Assembly (NCBI GenBank): GCA_041746255.1
Contig: JBGTHM010000115.1
Location: 1 to 64,000, forward strand
Source: Fibrobacteria bacterium
GTDB lineage: Bacteria > Fibrobacterota > Fibrobacteria > UBA11236
Direction of reading: 5' to 3'
Length of the DNA: 64,000 nt
The notes beneath the pieces are model-generated. The model was given only the letters and a program-made list of their open reading frames with translations. It was not told where the DNA came from and did no database searches. A program made the translations under genes and the position numbers. This document shows positions 32,686 to 40,892 of the stretch, piece after piece. Positions within the stretch are counted from its first letter, which is position 1. Each line of letters starts with the position of its first letter.

Positions 32686-34365
32686 ATGACCACTCCATTG
32701 AACAAATTCAGTTCGCGCCTCACCCAAAACGTGGACCAGCCCGGCTCCAAAGCCATGTTGTACGCCCTGGGACTTAGCGACGACGATATGCAAAAGGCCC
32801 AGGTCGGCATCGCCTCCACGGGTTACGAGGGCAACCCCTGCAACATGCACCTTAACGATTTGGCCAAGCATATCAAGGGCGGCGTGCAGGAAGCGGGTCT
32901 GCTCGGCCTCATCTTCCATACCATCGGGGTGAGCGACGGCATTTCCATGGGTACCGAAGGCATGAACTATTCCCTGCAATCGCGTGACCTGATTGCCGAT
33001 TCCATCGAAACCGTAATGGCTTCGATGTGGTATGACGCCAATATTTCGGTAGTGGGATGCGACAAGAACATGCCGGGTTCGGTGATGGCCATGGGAAGGA
33101 TTAACCGGCCTTCCATCATGGTTTATGGCGGCACCATTTTACCGGGTCATCTCGACGGCAAAACGCTGGACGTGGTTTCGGCCTTCGAAGCCTATGGAGA
33201 ATATCTCTCCGGAGCGAAAACCGAAGCCGAGGTGAACGAAGTCTTGAAGCATGCCTGTCCGGGCCAAGGCGCCTGCGGCGGCATGTACACGGCCAATACC
33301 ATGGCCTCGGCCATCGAAACCCTGGGTCTCACCCTTCCCTATGGCTCATCGAGCCCGGCGGTAAGCGATGAAAAATTCCGCGAATGCCTAAGGGCGGGAG
33401 CGGCCATCCGCGTATTGCTGGAAAGGGATATCAAACCGCGCGACATCATGACGCGCCAAGCCTTCGAAAATGCCATGGTGATTGTCATGGCTCTGGGCGG
33501 CTCCACCAATGCCGTGCTTCACCTCATCGCCATGGCCAAATCCGTCGACGTGAAACTCACCATCGACGATTTCCAGAAAACCAGCGACCGAACTCCCTTT
33601 ATCGCCGACTTGAAGCCCAGCGGCAAATTCGTGATGGAGGATTTGCACAAAGTCGGAGGCGTGCCCGCCGTACAGAAACTCCTGCTCAAAGAAGGCTTGC
33701 TCACGGGCGATTGCCTCACCGTAACCGGAAAAACCCTGGCGGAAAACCTGGAGGATTTACCGGGTTTAACCGCAGGACAAAAAATCATTTATCCCCTGAG
33801 CCAACCCATCAAGGCTTCCGGGCATTTGCGCATCCTCTATGGAAACCTGGCTCCCAAGGGCGCCGTCGCCAAGATCACGGGTAAAGAAGGGCTTTCCTTT
33901 ACCGGCCCCGCACGCGTGTTCGAATCGGAAGAAGAATGCATCCTGGCTTTGGAGCAAAAACGCATCCGGGCCGGCGACGTGGCCGTCATTCGTTACGAAG
34001 GCCCCAAGGGCGGTCCGGGCATGAGTGAAATGCTCAAGGTCACTTCCGCCATCATGGGCGCGGGACTGGGAAAATCGGTGGCTTTGCTCACCGACGGCCG
34101 CTTTTCCGGAGGCACGCATGGATTCGTTGTCGGGCATATCACGCCTGAAGCCCAGGAAGGAGGAACCATCGGCTTATTGGTCGACGGCGACGTAATCACC
34201 ATCGACGCCGTGAAAAATTCTTTGGAAGTGGATCTCACCGAGGCGGATTTGGCCGAGCGGCGCAAAAGTTGGAAGGCTCCTCCCTATAAGGCGGTGAAGG
34301 GGACGTTGTACAAATACATCAAAACCGTGAGCCCCGCCTCCGAAGGTTGCGTCACCGACGCCTGA
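32686..34365 (+). CDS. ilvD: Dihydroxy-acid dehydratase
   Basis: [24 protein letters not shown] and TDGRFSGG motifs; GGAAGGA RBS before ATG 32686. Confidence 0.97.
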   Translation: MTTPLNKFSSRLTQNVDQPGSKAMLYALGLSDDDMQKAQVGIASTGYEGNPCNMHLNDLAKHIKGGVQEAGLLGLIFHTIGVSDGISMGTEGMNYSLQSRDLIADSIETVMASMWYDANISVVGCDKNMPGSVMAMGRINRPSIMVYGGTILPGHLDGKTLDVVSAFEAYGEYLSGAKTEAEVNEVLKHACPGQGACGGMYTANTMASAIETLGLTLPYGSSSPAVSDEKFRECLRAGAAIRVLLERDIKPRDIMTRQAFENAMVIVMALGGSTNAVLHLIAMAKSVDVKLTIDDFQKTSDRTPFIADLKPSGKFVMEDLHKVGGVPAVQKLLLKEGLLTGDCLTVTGKTLAENLEDLPGLTAGQKIIYPLSQPIKASGHLRILYGNLAPKGAVAKITGKEGLSFTGPARVFESEEECILALEQKRIRAGDVAVIRYEGPKGGPGMSEMLKVTSAIMGAGLGKSVALLTDGRFSGGTHGFVVGHITPEAQEGGTIGLLVDGDVITIDAVKNSLEVDLTEADLAERRKSWKAPPYKAVKGTLYKYIKTVSPASEGCVTDA

Positions 34366-34373
34366 GAATTGCC

Positions 34374-35558
34374 ATGCAGCCATTAAGCGCCCGGTCACAG
34401 GGACTGAAGCCCTCGCAAACAGTGGCCATCGATACACGCTATAAGGAGCTGAAATCCCAGGGCGCGGATATCATCAGCCTGGCGGCGGGTGAACCGGATT
34501 TCGATACACCCGAAGGCGCAAAAAACGCGGCCATCGATTCCATTCGGGGGGGCTTGACCAAGTATACGGCCGTAACCGGCTTGCCGGAATTGCGTAAAGC
34601 GCTCTCCATCCATTTACAGGAAAGCCGCGGCGTGGCTTATTCACCCGAAGAAATCGTGGTTTCCGGCGGGGCCAAAACCTGCGTGTTCAACGCCTTGCAG
34701 GCCCTATGCGATGCCGGCGACGAAGTGTTGGTTCCTTCGCCCTACTGGGTGACCTATCCGGAGTTGGTGCGTTTTGTAGGCGGCGTACCGGTGATTCTGC
34801 CGACATCGCCCGCATCCGGTTTCAAAATCTCCGCCGCTCAATTACGCGACGCCCTTACTCCTCGCAGTAAGGCTCTGATGCTTAATTCTCCCAGCAATCC
34901 CACGGGGGCGATGTATACTGAAGATGAGTTGGGTGAGATCGCGGAAGTGCTGGTGGAGAATGACCTGTACTGCATATCGGATGAGATTTACGGAAGCCTT
35001 TGCTACGGGGATGCCCACCACACCAGTCCCGCGGCGGTAAGTTCAGACATGCGGGAGCGCACCCTGCTCATCGACGGCTTTTCCAAAAGCCATGCCATGA
35101 CGGGATGGCGACTGGGTTTTCTCGCCGCCCCCCTATCCATCGCCCGTACGGTGGCAAGCATTCAAAGCCAAACCACGCACCACCCGGCCAACGCCTCGCA
35201 AATCGCGGGCCTGGCGGCGCTGAAAGACGGCGGCGCATTTACCCGTGCCATGACCCGGGAATTCACGCAACGCAGAAGTTACGTGCTCGATCGCTTGGCC
35301 GCCCTGCCGGGCGTAAGCGCCTTTCCGCCCCAGGGCGCGTTCTACGTCTTCTTTTCGGTGCGGGAGGCGTTAGCCCGCAAAGGCGGCGTGTCCTCGTTGG
35401 ATTTCTGCCGGTATTTGCTTGAGGAAAAAGGCTTGGCCCTGGTTCCCGGCGAGGGATTCGGCATGGAAGGCTTCGTACGCCTTTCCTTCGCGGCCTCTCC
35501 GGATAATTTACGCCTGGGTCTTGATCGCCTGGAAGCGGGCCTGCAAGATTTCCTATAA
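34374..35558 (+). CDS. aspC: Aspartate-type PLP aminotransferase (class I/II)
   Basis: GEPDFDTP, NSPSNPTG, DEIY and SKSHAMTGWRLG motifs. Confidence 0.85.
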   Translation: MQPLSARSQGLKPSQTVAIDTRYKELKSQGADIISLAAGEPDFDTPEGAKNAAIDSIRGGLTKYTAVTGLPELRKALSIHLQESRGVAYSPEEIVVSGGAKTCVFNALQALCDAGDEVLVPSPYWVTYPELVRFVGGVPVILPTSPASGFKISAAQLRDALTPRSKALMLNSPSNPTGAMYTEDELGEIAEVLVENDLYCISDEIYGSLCYGDAHHTSPAAVSSDMRERTLLIDGFSKSHAMTGWRLGFLAAPLSIARTVASIQSQTTHHPANASQIAGLAALKDGGAFTRAMTREFTQRRSYVLDRLAALPGVSAFPPQGAFYVFFSVREALARKGGVSSLDFCRYLLEEKGLALVPGEGFGMEGFVRLSFAASPDNLRLGLDRLEAGLQDFL

Positions 35559-35615
35559 TTAACCGCATCACAGACCGACGGCGCGGGTTCCGCCGGATGC
35601 GTGGAAAGGACTCGC

Positions 35616-37079
35616 ATGGAATACAGCAGAGTGCAGGATTTCCAGATTCATCCCAATCAACCCGCGCAATTCGCGGGATACCAAATCCTGGAGCATCTGG
35701 GCAAGGGCGGCATGGGCGATGTTTACAAAGCCCTGCAAATCGGCTTGGATAGGACCGTGGCCCTGAAAATCCTGCCTTCCCTCCTCGCCCGTAATCCCCA
35801 ATTTTCCGAACGTTTTTTCTCGGAAGCCTATGCGATTTCACGACTCCAACACCAGAATATCGTAACCATCTACGACTATGGCGAAGAAAATTACCAGAAA
35901 TACATCGCCATGCAATACGTGCAAGGCCCCACATTAAGCCAATTGCTTAAGCAAAACGGTCCGCTCAATTGGCCGCGTATCATCCACATCACCAAGCAAA
36001 TCGGGCGCGGACTCAAATATGCGCATCAAAGCGATATCGTCCATCGCGACATCAAATCCGGCAACATCATGGTGGAGGCGGGAGATCGCGTCTATATCTC
36101 CGACTTCGGCATTGCCAAGGTCATCGACGCCCCCAATATTACGACTACGGGCATGACCATGGGCACACCGGAATATATGGCGCCGGAACAATGCCAGGGC
36201 GGAATCGTAGACGGACAAAGCGACATTTACGGTCTCGGCATCATCCTGTTCGAACTGGTTACGGGAAAGCCTCCCTTTTTGGCCGACACCTCGCTGGCCG
36301 TCGCCTTCAAGCAAGTTCACGAAGCGCCGCCGCTGCTCAGCCAAATCAGGCGCGACATACCGCCCCGGCTGGAACTCATCGTGGCCAAGTGCCTGAAAAA
36401 AGATAAGGCCGACCGCTATAAAAATGCCGATGAATTATTACACGATCTCGACTCGGTGGATAAGCCCTCCCCTATTCAGGTAGATGTTCCCGCCGCCCCG
36501 AGCAACCAGCGTATTACCGACCGCCGGGAAATGCCCCGGCGACGGGGGCTGACACCGCAAATCCGTCGGCGGGTGGAATTCCTTCAACCCGTATTGATAG
36601 TCATCTTGTTTCTGGGTCTGGCCTATGCCTGGATTCGCCCCACGGCGAACCCCGGCTTACACCTTGCCTCGCCAGTAGCCGCGGAAGGAAAAATATTTTC
36701 CGACGGTGTCGGCGAATATCCCCCGCAACTAGCGGTCGATGGAGACCCCACCACCGCTTGGGTAACCCTTCCTTTGAACGTAACCGCGGATGCGGAGTTA
36801 CGCCTGCCGGTGCCCCCAGGACATTTACTGATGGGAATCACCCTGGAGGTGGGACCGGCGGGAGAAAGCACCGGCATCCTGCTCGGCGCCCCATCCCGGG
36901 TAATCGTCGGGTTACGGGGGGAAGAGCCGCGCCCGTTTGATTTACTCGCCACATCCGCTCCACAATACCTTCCCTTGTCTGGTTCGACCTCAGGCGATGT
37001 GTCCCTGCGTTTCGAAGCTCCGGAAAATTCGCCGCCTCTGGCGGTACGCGAACTGCGCCTGGCCCTGCTCCCGCTCTGA
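35616..37079 (+). CDS. Membrane Hanks-type Ser/Thr protein kinase with extracytoplasmic discoidin-like domain
   Basis: GKGGMG, VALK, HRDIKSGN, DFG and APE motifs; TM segment; C-terminal AVDGDPTTAW motif. Confidence 0.9.
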   Translation: MEYSRVQDFQIHPNQPAQFAGYQILEHLGKGGMGDVYKALQIGLDRTVALKILPSLLARNPQFSERFFSEAYAISRLQHQNIVTIYDYGEENYQKYIAMQYVQGPTLSQLLKQNGPLNWPRIIHITKQIGRGLKYAHQSDIVHRDIKSGNIMVEAGDRVYISDFGIAKVIDAPNITTTGMTMGTPEYMAPEQCQGGIVDGQSDIYGLGIILFELVTGKPPFLADTSLAVAFKQVHEAPPLLSQIRRDIPPRLELIVAKCLKKDKADRYKNADELLHDLDSVDKPSPIQVDVPAAPSNQRITDRREMPRRRGLTPQIRRRVEFLQPVLIVILFLGLAYAWIRPTANPGLHLASPVAAEGKIFSDGVGEYPPQLAVDGDPTTAWVTLPLNVTADAELRLPVPPGHLLMGITLEVGPAGESTGILLGAPSRVIVGLRGEEPRPFDLLATSAPQYLPLSGSTSGDVSLRFEAPENSPPLAVRELRLALLPL

Positions 37080-37080
37080 A

Positions 37081-37476
37081 ATGACGGTCTTGCGCGAAAA
37101 CCATAAGCAACTGGGCGCGCGCGGCGAAGCCCTGGCTCTTGAGCATTTGCTGGGCAAGGGCTACCGCTTGCGCGAAAAGAATTTCCGCAACCGCGCGGGC
37201 GAAATCGATCTGATCGTGGATTCGCCCGAGGGCACCCTGGTATTCGTGGAGGTGAAAACCGACCGCTCCGGCCAGGCGGGAATCCCCGAAGGCTGGGTGC
37301 AGGCCAAAAAAATGCGCCAACTGCAAAGACTGGCCCAACGTTTTTGCCATGAAAGAGGGCAGACGGAGCGGGACATGCGTTTCGACGTAGTGGGCATCAG
37401 CCTGCGTGAGAACGGTGCTCCCGAAATCCGCCACCTCGAAAATGCCTTTTTACCAGACGCCTCGGGCTATTATTGA
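37081..37476 (+). CDS. yraN: YraN family (UPF0102) PD-(D/E)XK protein
   Basis: LGARGE.LA..HL...GY, GEIDLI, LVFVEVK and RFDVV motifs. Confidence 0.9.
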   Translation: MTVLRENHKQLGARGEALALEHLLGKGYRLREKNFRNRAGEIDLIVDSPEGTLVFVEVKTDRSGQAGIPEGWVQAKKMRQLQRLAQRFCHERGQTERDMRFDVVGISLRENGAPEIRHLENAFLPDASGYY

Positions 37477-37587
37477 AACGCGGCGCATACCCCATCGTCG
37501 TCCCGCCGAAATTTATATTTTCCCCGCAGCGTGGCCCGAAACGCGTCGACGCCCGCTTCAATGAAAAGGTTCTACCGGAATTTACCC

Positions 37588-38205
37588 ATGCCAACAGCCA
37601 CTCGCATCGAATTGCACCCGGTAACTCCGCAGTCACGCTTCATCCGGCGCATCCATGAAATCCTGGAGAAAGACGGGCTCATCATCTATCCCCTGGACTC
37701 GGGCTATGCCTTGGGCTGCAGCGCCCGCTCGCGCAAGGCCGCCAATCGGCTTTACCAACTGAAGGGCACCCGCACGAAATACCTGACGGCGCTGGTGGCG
37801 GCTGATTTCAGCATGGTCTCGGAGTTCGCTAAAGTAGATAATTATGCTTACCGTTACATGAAGCATATGCTTCCCGGCCCGTATACTTTCATTCTGCCGG
37901 TGGCGCATCAAGGCAAACGCATCCTGGACGTTAACCGGACGGAGGTGGGAATCCGTATGCCCAACAGCGCATTTTTGGCGGCGCTTTACGAAATTGATCC
38001 TTCGCTGGTGTTGCTGGCCACATCCGCGCGCGTCTCGGACGAGGAGGCGATTCAGGACCCTGATGATATTGAAGCCAAATATGCCGGGCAGGTGGATGCT
38101 ATTGTCGACATGGGGCCCATACCGGTGCAGCCGACTACGATTATTTCGCTTGTGGGTGGGCAGCCGGAAGTCTTGCGTGAGGGTGCGGGTCCGATTCCAG
38201 GTTGA
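37588..38205 (+). CDS. Sua5/YciO/YrdC family protein (YciO-like)
   Basis: HP.TPQ.R.I N-terminus; YPLDSGYALGC, LPGPYTFIL and VGIRMP motifs. Confidence 0.8.
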   Translation: MPTATRIELHPVTPQSRFIRRIHEILEKDGLIIYPLDSGYALGCSARSRKAANRLYQLKGTRTKYLTALVAADFSMVSEFAKVDNYAYRYMKHMLPGPYTFILPVAHQGKRILDVNRTEVGIRMPNSAFLAALYEIDPSLVLLATSARVSDEEAIQDPDDIEAKYAGQVDAIVDMGPIPVQPTTIISLVGGQPEVLREGAGPIPG

Positions 38206-38242
38206 ATAGCATTCGGTGGGATGGGCTCAATTGTGCTTGTGG

Positions 38243-38442
38243 AGACGGCGCTGCGGTCCGGCTCCCCAGGCCGGGGAGATTTTTCCGGCACGCTCCGCCC
38301 ATTCCGCTTTGCGATGCGGTTGCCGACGCAACTCGCCCGCTTCGCGGGCTCAGACAGGCGCCGGTCAACCTTCGCAAAGCGGGGGCTTCGCTGACGCCTC
38401 CAAAATCGCCTCGGCAGGGGCCTCCGGTCCGCAGCGGTGTTT
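38243..38442. repeat. About 200-bp nested imperfect inverted repeat (REP/MITE-like or structured RNA)
   Basis: Concentric pairings cgctgcgg/ccgcagcg, gatttt/aaaatc, ccgctttgcga/tcgcaaagcgg, ggttg/caacc, and the central gcccgc-ttc-gcgggc. Confidence 0.65.
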
Positions 38443-38524
38443 GCGTGGCACCGGCCTTTTTGTCGCTATCGGAATCGGGGGTATCCTTGTAGTTTGTGGC
38501 CCCGCGTTATTTGGAGTGCCGACC

Positions 38525-39907
38525 ATGAAATTTTATGCCTCTGCCATACTATGCTTATCCCTTTTGTTTTCTCCCGGGCTTATCCAGGCGGAGTTCGCCC
38601 ATCCCGGGCTCTTTCTCGACTCCGCGGAAATCGCCTCCATCCGTTCTCGCGTCGATTCCGGTGAGCAACCTTGGAAGCAAGGCTATGATGCTCTCATCAA
38701 GGAGGCTGACGCCGCTTTACAGCAGAGCGACCTCAGCGTCACGTTCCAGGGGTCGAAGGGAAATGACTATTTCACTGAACAACCCTATTGCGGTTGGTCT
38801 ACGACCAATAGCCCTTGTGGAACGTCTTGCTGCGACGGGAAAATCAATCCCCAGGCCGACCGCGCCGATTATAAATCCGTTTCCGATTTAAGCCGCAGCG
38901 TAAGAACACTGGGTTTGGCCTATGCGCTATCGGGCGAATCGCGCTATGCCGATAAAGCCGTAACCCTGTTACGCGCCTGGTTTATCGCTCCCGCGACGCG
39001 TATGAATCCGAAAATCACCAATAACCAGTCGCAAATCGAGCTTTACATCACCATTCCGGGGATTTATTACGGTGCGGATTTGATATGGCACCATTCGGGA
39101 TGGTCGGAAAAGGAGCGTGAGGATTTCCAGGCTTGGACCGCGACATTTATGCAAGACGTTAAAGCGAGATCGCATGGAACCAACTACGAGAATTGGCGTT
39201 TGGTGCTGCTTAGCGCAGGTGCTTATATCGGTGGAGATTCTGCTCTGCTCGACGTGGCTTTCGAAACCTGGAAAAACAAGATTCGCGACCAGGTAAATGC
39301 CAAGGGTGAATTGACGCCCGAATTGGATCGCACCAAGTCCCTTGATTATTCCACTTATGCCCTGAATGCCATGGCGCAAACCGCGGAAATCGCCCGCCAC
39401 CAGGGAATCGATCTCTACAACTATAAACTGAATGACGGGAGAGGCTTGGAATTGGTGCTCGATTACCATGCACCTTTCATCGTGAATCCCGGCAATTGGA
39501 CTCACCCGCAAATCGACGCATACAAAGGGGAAAATGGCGCCATCTATGAATTAGCCTATTCGATATGGCAGAAGCCTGCCTATAAAGCGGTAATCGACAA
39601 GCTGGGCCGTCCGCTTAATGAAATCCGTACCCTGGGGTTGACTACCCTCACCCACTCCTTCGGAATTCAAGGGACGACATCGATTCAAGTGGAGAGTTCT
39701 CTCCCTGGCAGCAAATTTCAGGGGAATAAACTCTTCATAGGCGAAGGAGCTGCGCTTCCACTGCAAGACATGCACAACCCAGCATCGCTACGCGACATGC
39801 AAGGACGTATTTTCCAACCGGGAGAGAAGCCTGCGCGGGGAGTGTTCGTTATACCCGAGGTGGCCGCTCCCGACAGAATCGCAGAACCCGATACCGCGAG
39901 CTATTGA
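38525..39907 (+). CDS. Secreted alginate-lyase-family (alpha/alpha toroid) protein with C-terminal sorting-like tail
   Basis: Signal peptide MKFYAS...IQA; HPGL, AWF...TRMNP and ELDRTKSLDYSTYAL motifs; tail RDMQGR...RGVFVI. Confidence 0.75.
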   Translation: MKFYASAILCLSLLFSPGLIQAEFAHPGLFLDSAEIASIRSRVDSGEQPWKQGYDALIKEADAALQQSDLSVTFQGSKGNDYFTEQPYCGWSTTNSPCGTSCCDGKINPQADRADYKSVSDLSRSVRTLGLAYALSGESRYADKAVTLLRAWFIAPATRMNPKITNNQSQIELYITIPGIYYGADLIWHHSGWSEKEREDFQAWTATFMQDVKARSHGTNYENWRLVLLSAGAYIGGDSALLDVAFETWKNKIRDQVNAKGELTPELDRTKSLDYSTYALNAMAQTAEIARHQGIDLYNYKLNDGRGLELVLDYHAPFIVNPGNWTHPQIDAYKGENGAIYELAYSIWQKPAYKAVIDKLGRPLNEIRTLGLTTLTHSFGIQGTTSIQVESSLPGSKFQGNKLFIGEGAALPLQDMHNPASLRDMQGRIFQPGEKPARGVFVIPEVAAPDRIAEPDTASY

Positions 39908-40776
39908 AAATTGAATCCCAGATTAAAAGCGGTATAATGGATCCAATTCTCGGAATAACCGTCTCCCGGCCCCCTAAAATTCGGGTTATTCGATCGGCTT
40001 CCTCCACCGATATAGCGAATTCCGGCGAAGGGCTGAAAGTAAGGCTTCATGCCCAACCCGAGCCTTAACCCCGCGCCGAGAAAGGTACCTACTCCGTCGT
40101 CATCGCCGTCTATAAAGAATCGCGTGGGCACATAAATACCCTGCGCATCTCCCGCCAGCCAAACCCTTTTTGGAAAAGGGGCACGGAAACGGAAATTAAG
40201 CAAAGGAACCGGACCCATATTTCGGCGCGAACGAAAAAGCGCGCCGTCTAAGGAGGCGAATTCGAAAAGCGCGCGCCGCAATTGCAGGGAAAACCCTAGG
40301 GAAAGTTCCGAACGGGGCGCCTGAAAAAAATCGTAGAGATAGGATAGGCGGTAATAGGGAAAGCTGTACAGCAATCTTACGGGAGTGGCCTCGGGAAAAA
40401 CCAACCCGTCAACGGTCACATCGCGATCGAGGTTCACGCGGGTTTCCAATTCCAACGGCTGGTATAAAAACAGAAATCGGTGCCGTCCCTTCAAACCGAT
40501 TTCCGCTTCATAACGCGCGAAGGGAAATACCAGGTCCTGTCCGCCTTCCTCCACGTAGTCGAAAAGGGTTCCGTTCCCGCCCAGTTGGATTTGATTTTTC
40601 ACGGGGAGCAATAACCCGGCTTCCATCCCCAGCCGGAATTCCACCAGCGAAGGTCTTTCGGCCAACAATAGCGTAGATCCGAAAATTTTCTCCCGCACCC
40701 AATCCAATATCTCGCCGAAATCCTGCGCCTGGGTTCCCGTAGAAAACAACAACATTAACGCCATGCAAAGCTTCAT
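39901..40776 (-). CDS. Putative outer-membrane beta-barrel protein
   Basis: Signal peptide, aromatic amphipathic strands and C-terminal FNLGFNFQ. Confidence 0.6.
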   Translation of the reverse strand: MKLCMALMLLFSTGTQAQDFGEILDWVREKIFGSTLLLAERPSLVEFRLGMEAGLLLPVKNQIQLGGNGTLFDYVEEGGQDLVFPFARYEAEIGLKGRHRFLFLYQPLELETRVNLDRDVTVDGLVFPEATPVRLLYSFPYYRLSYLYDFFQAPRSELSLGFSLQLRRALFEFASLDGALFRSRRNMGPVPLLNFRFRAPFPKRVWLAGDAQGIYVPTRFFIDGDDDGVGTFLGAGLRLGLGMKPYFQPFAGIRYIGGGSRSNNPNFRGPGDGYSENWIHYTAFNLGFNFQ

Positions 40777-40892
40777 CAATTCACCCCGTATCCTCGCCTT
40801 ACAGGCAATGCGGGAAAATTAGATTTTCGCAATCTTGAACGCGAGAATTAAAGCCGGAAGTACCCATCACTCCGTAATTTTCCCTAAGGGAT

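Noticed and set aside
38216..38524. 103-aa N-terminal extension of the lyase ORF
   Set aside because: Runs through the palindromic element; the signal peptide starts at 38525.
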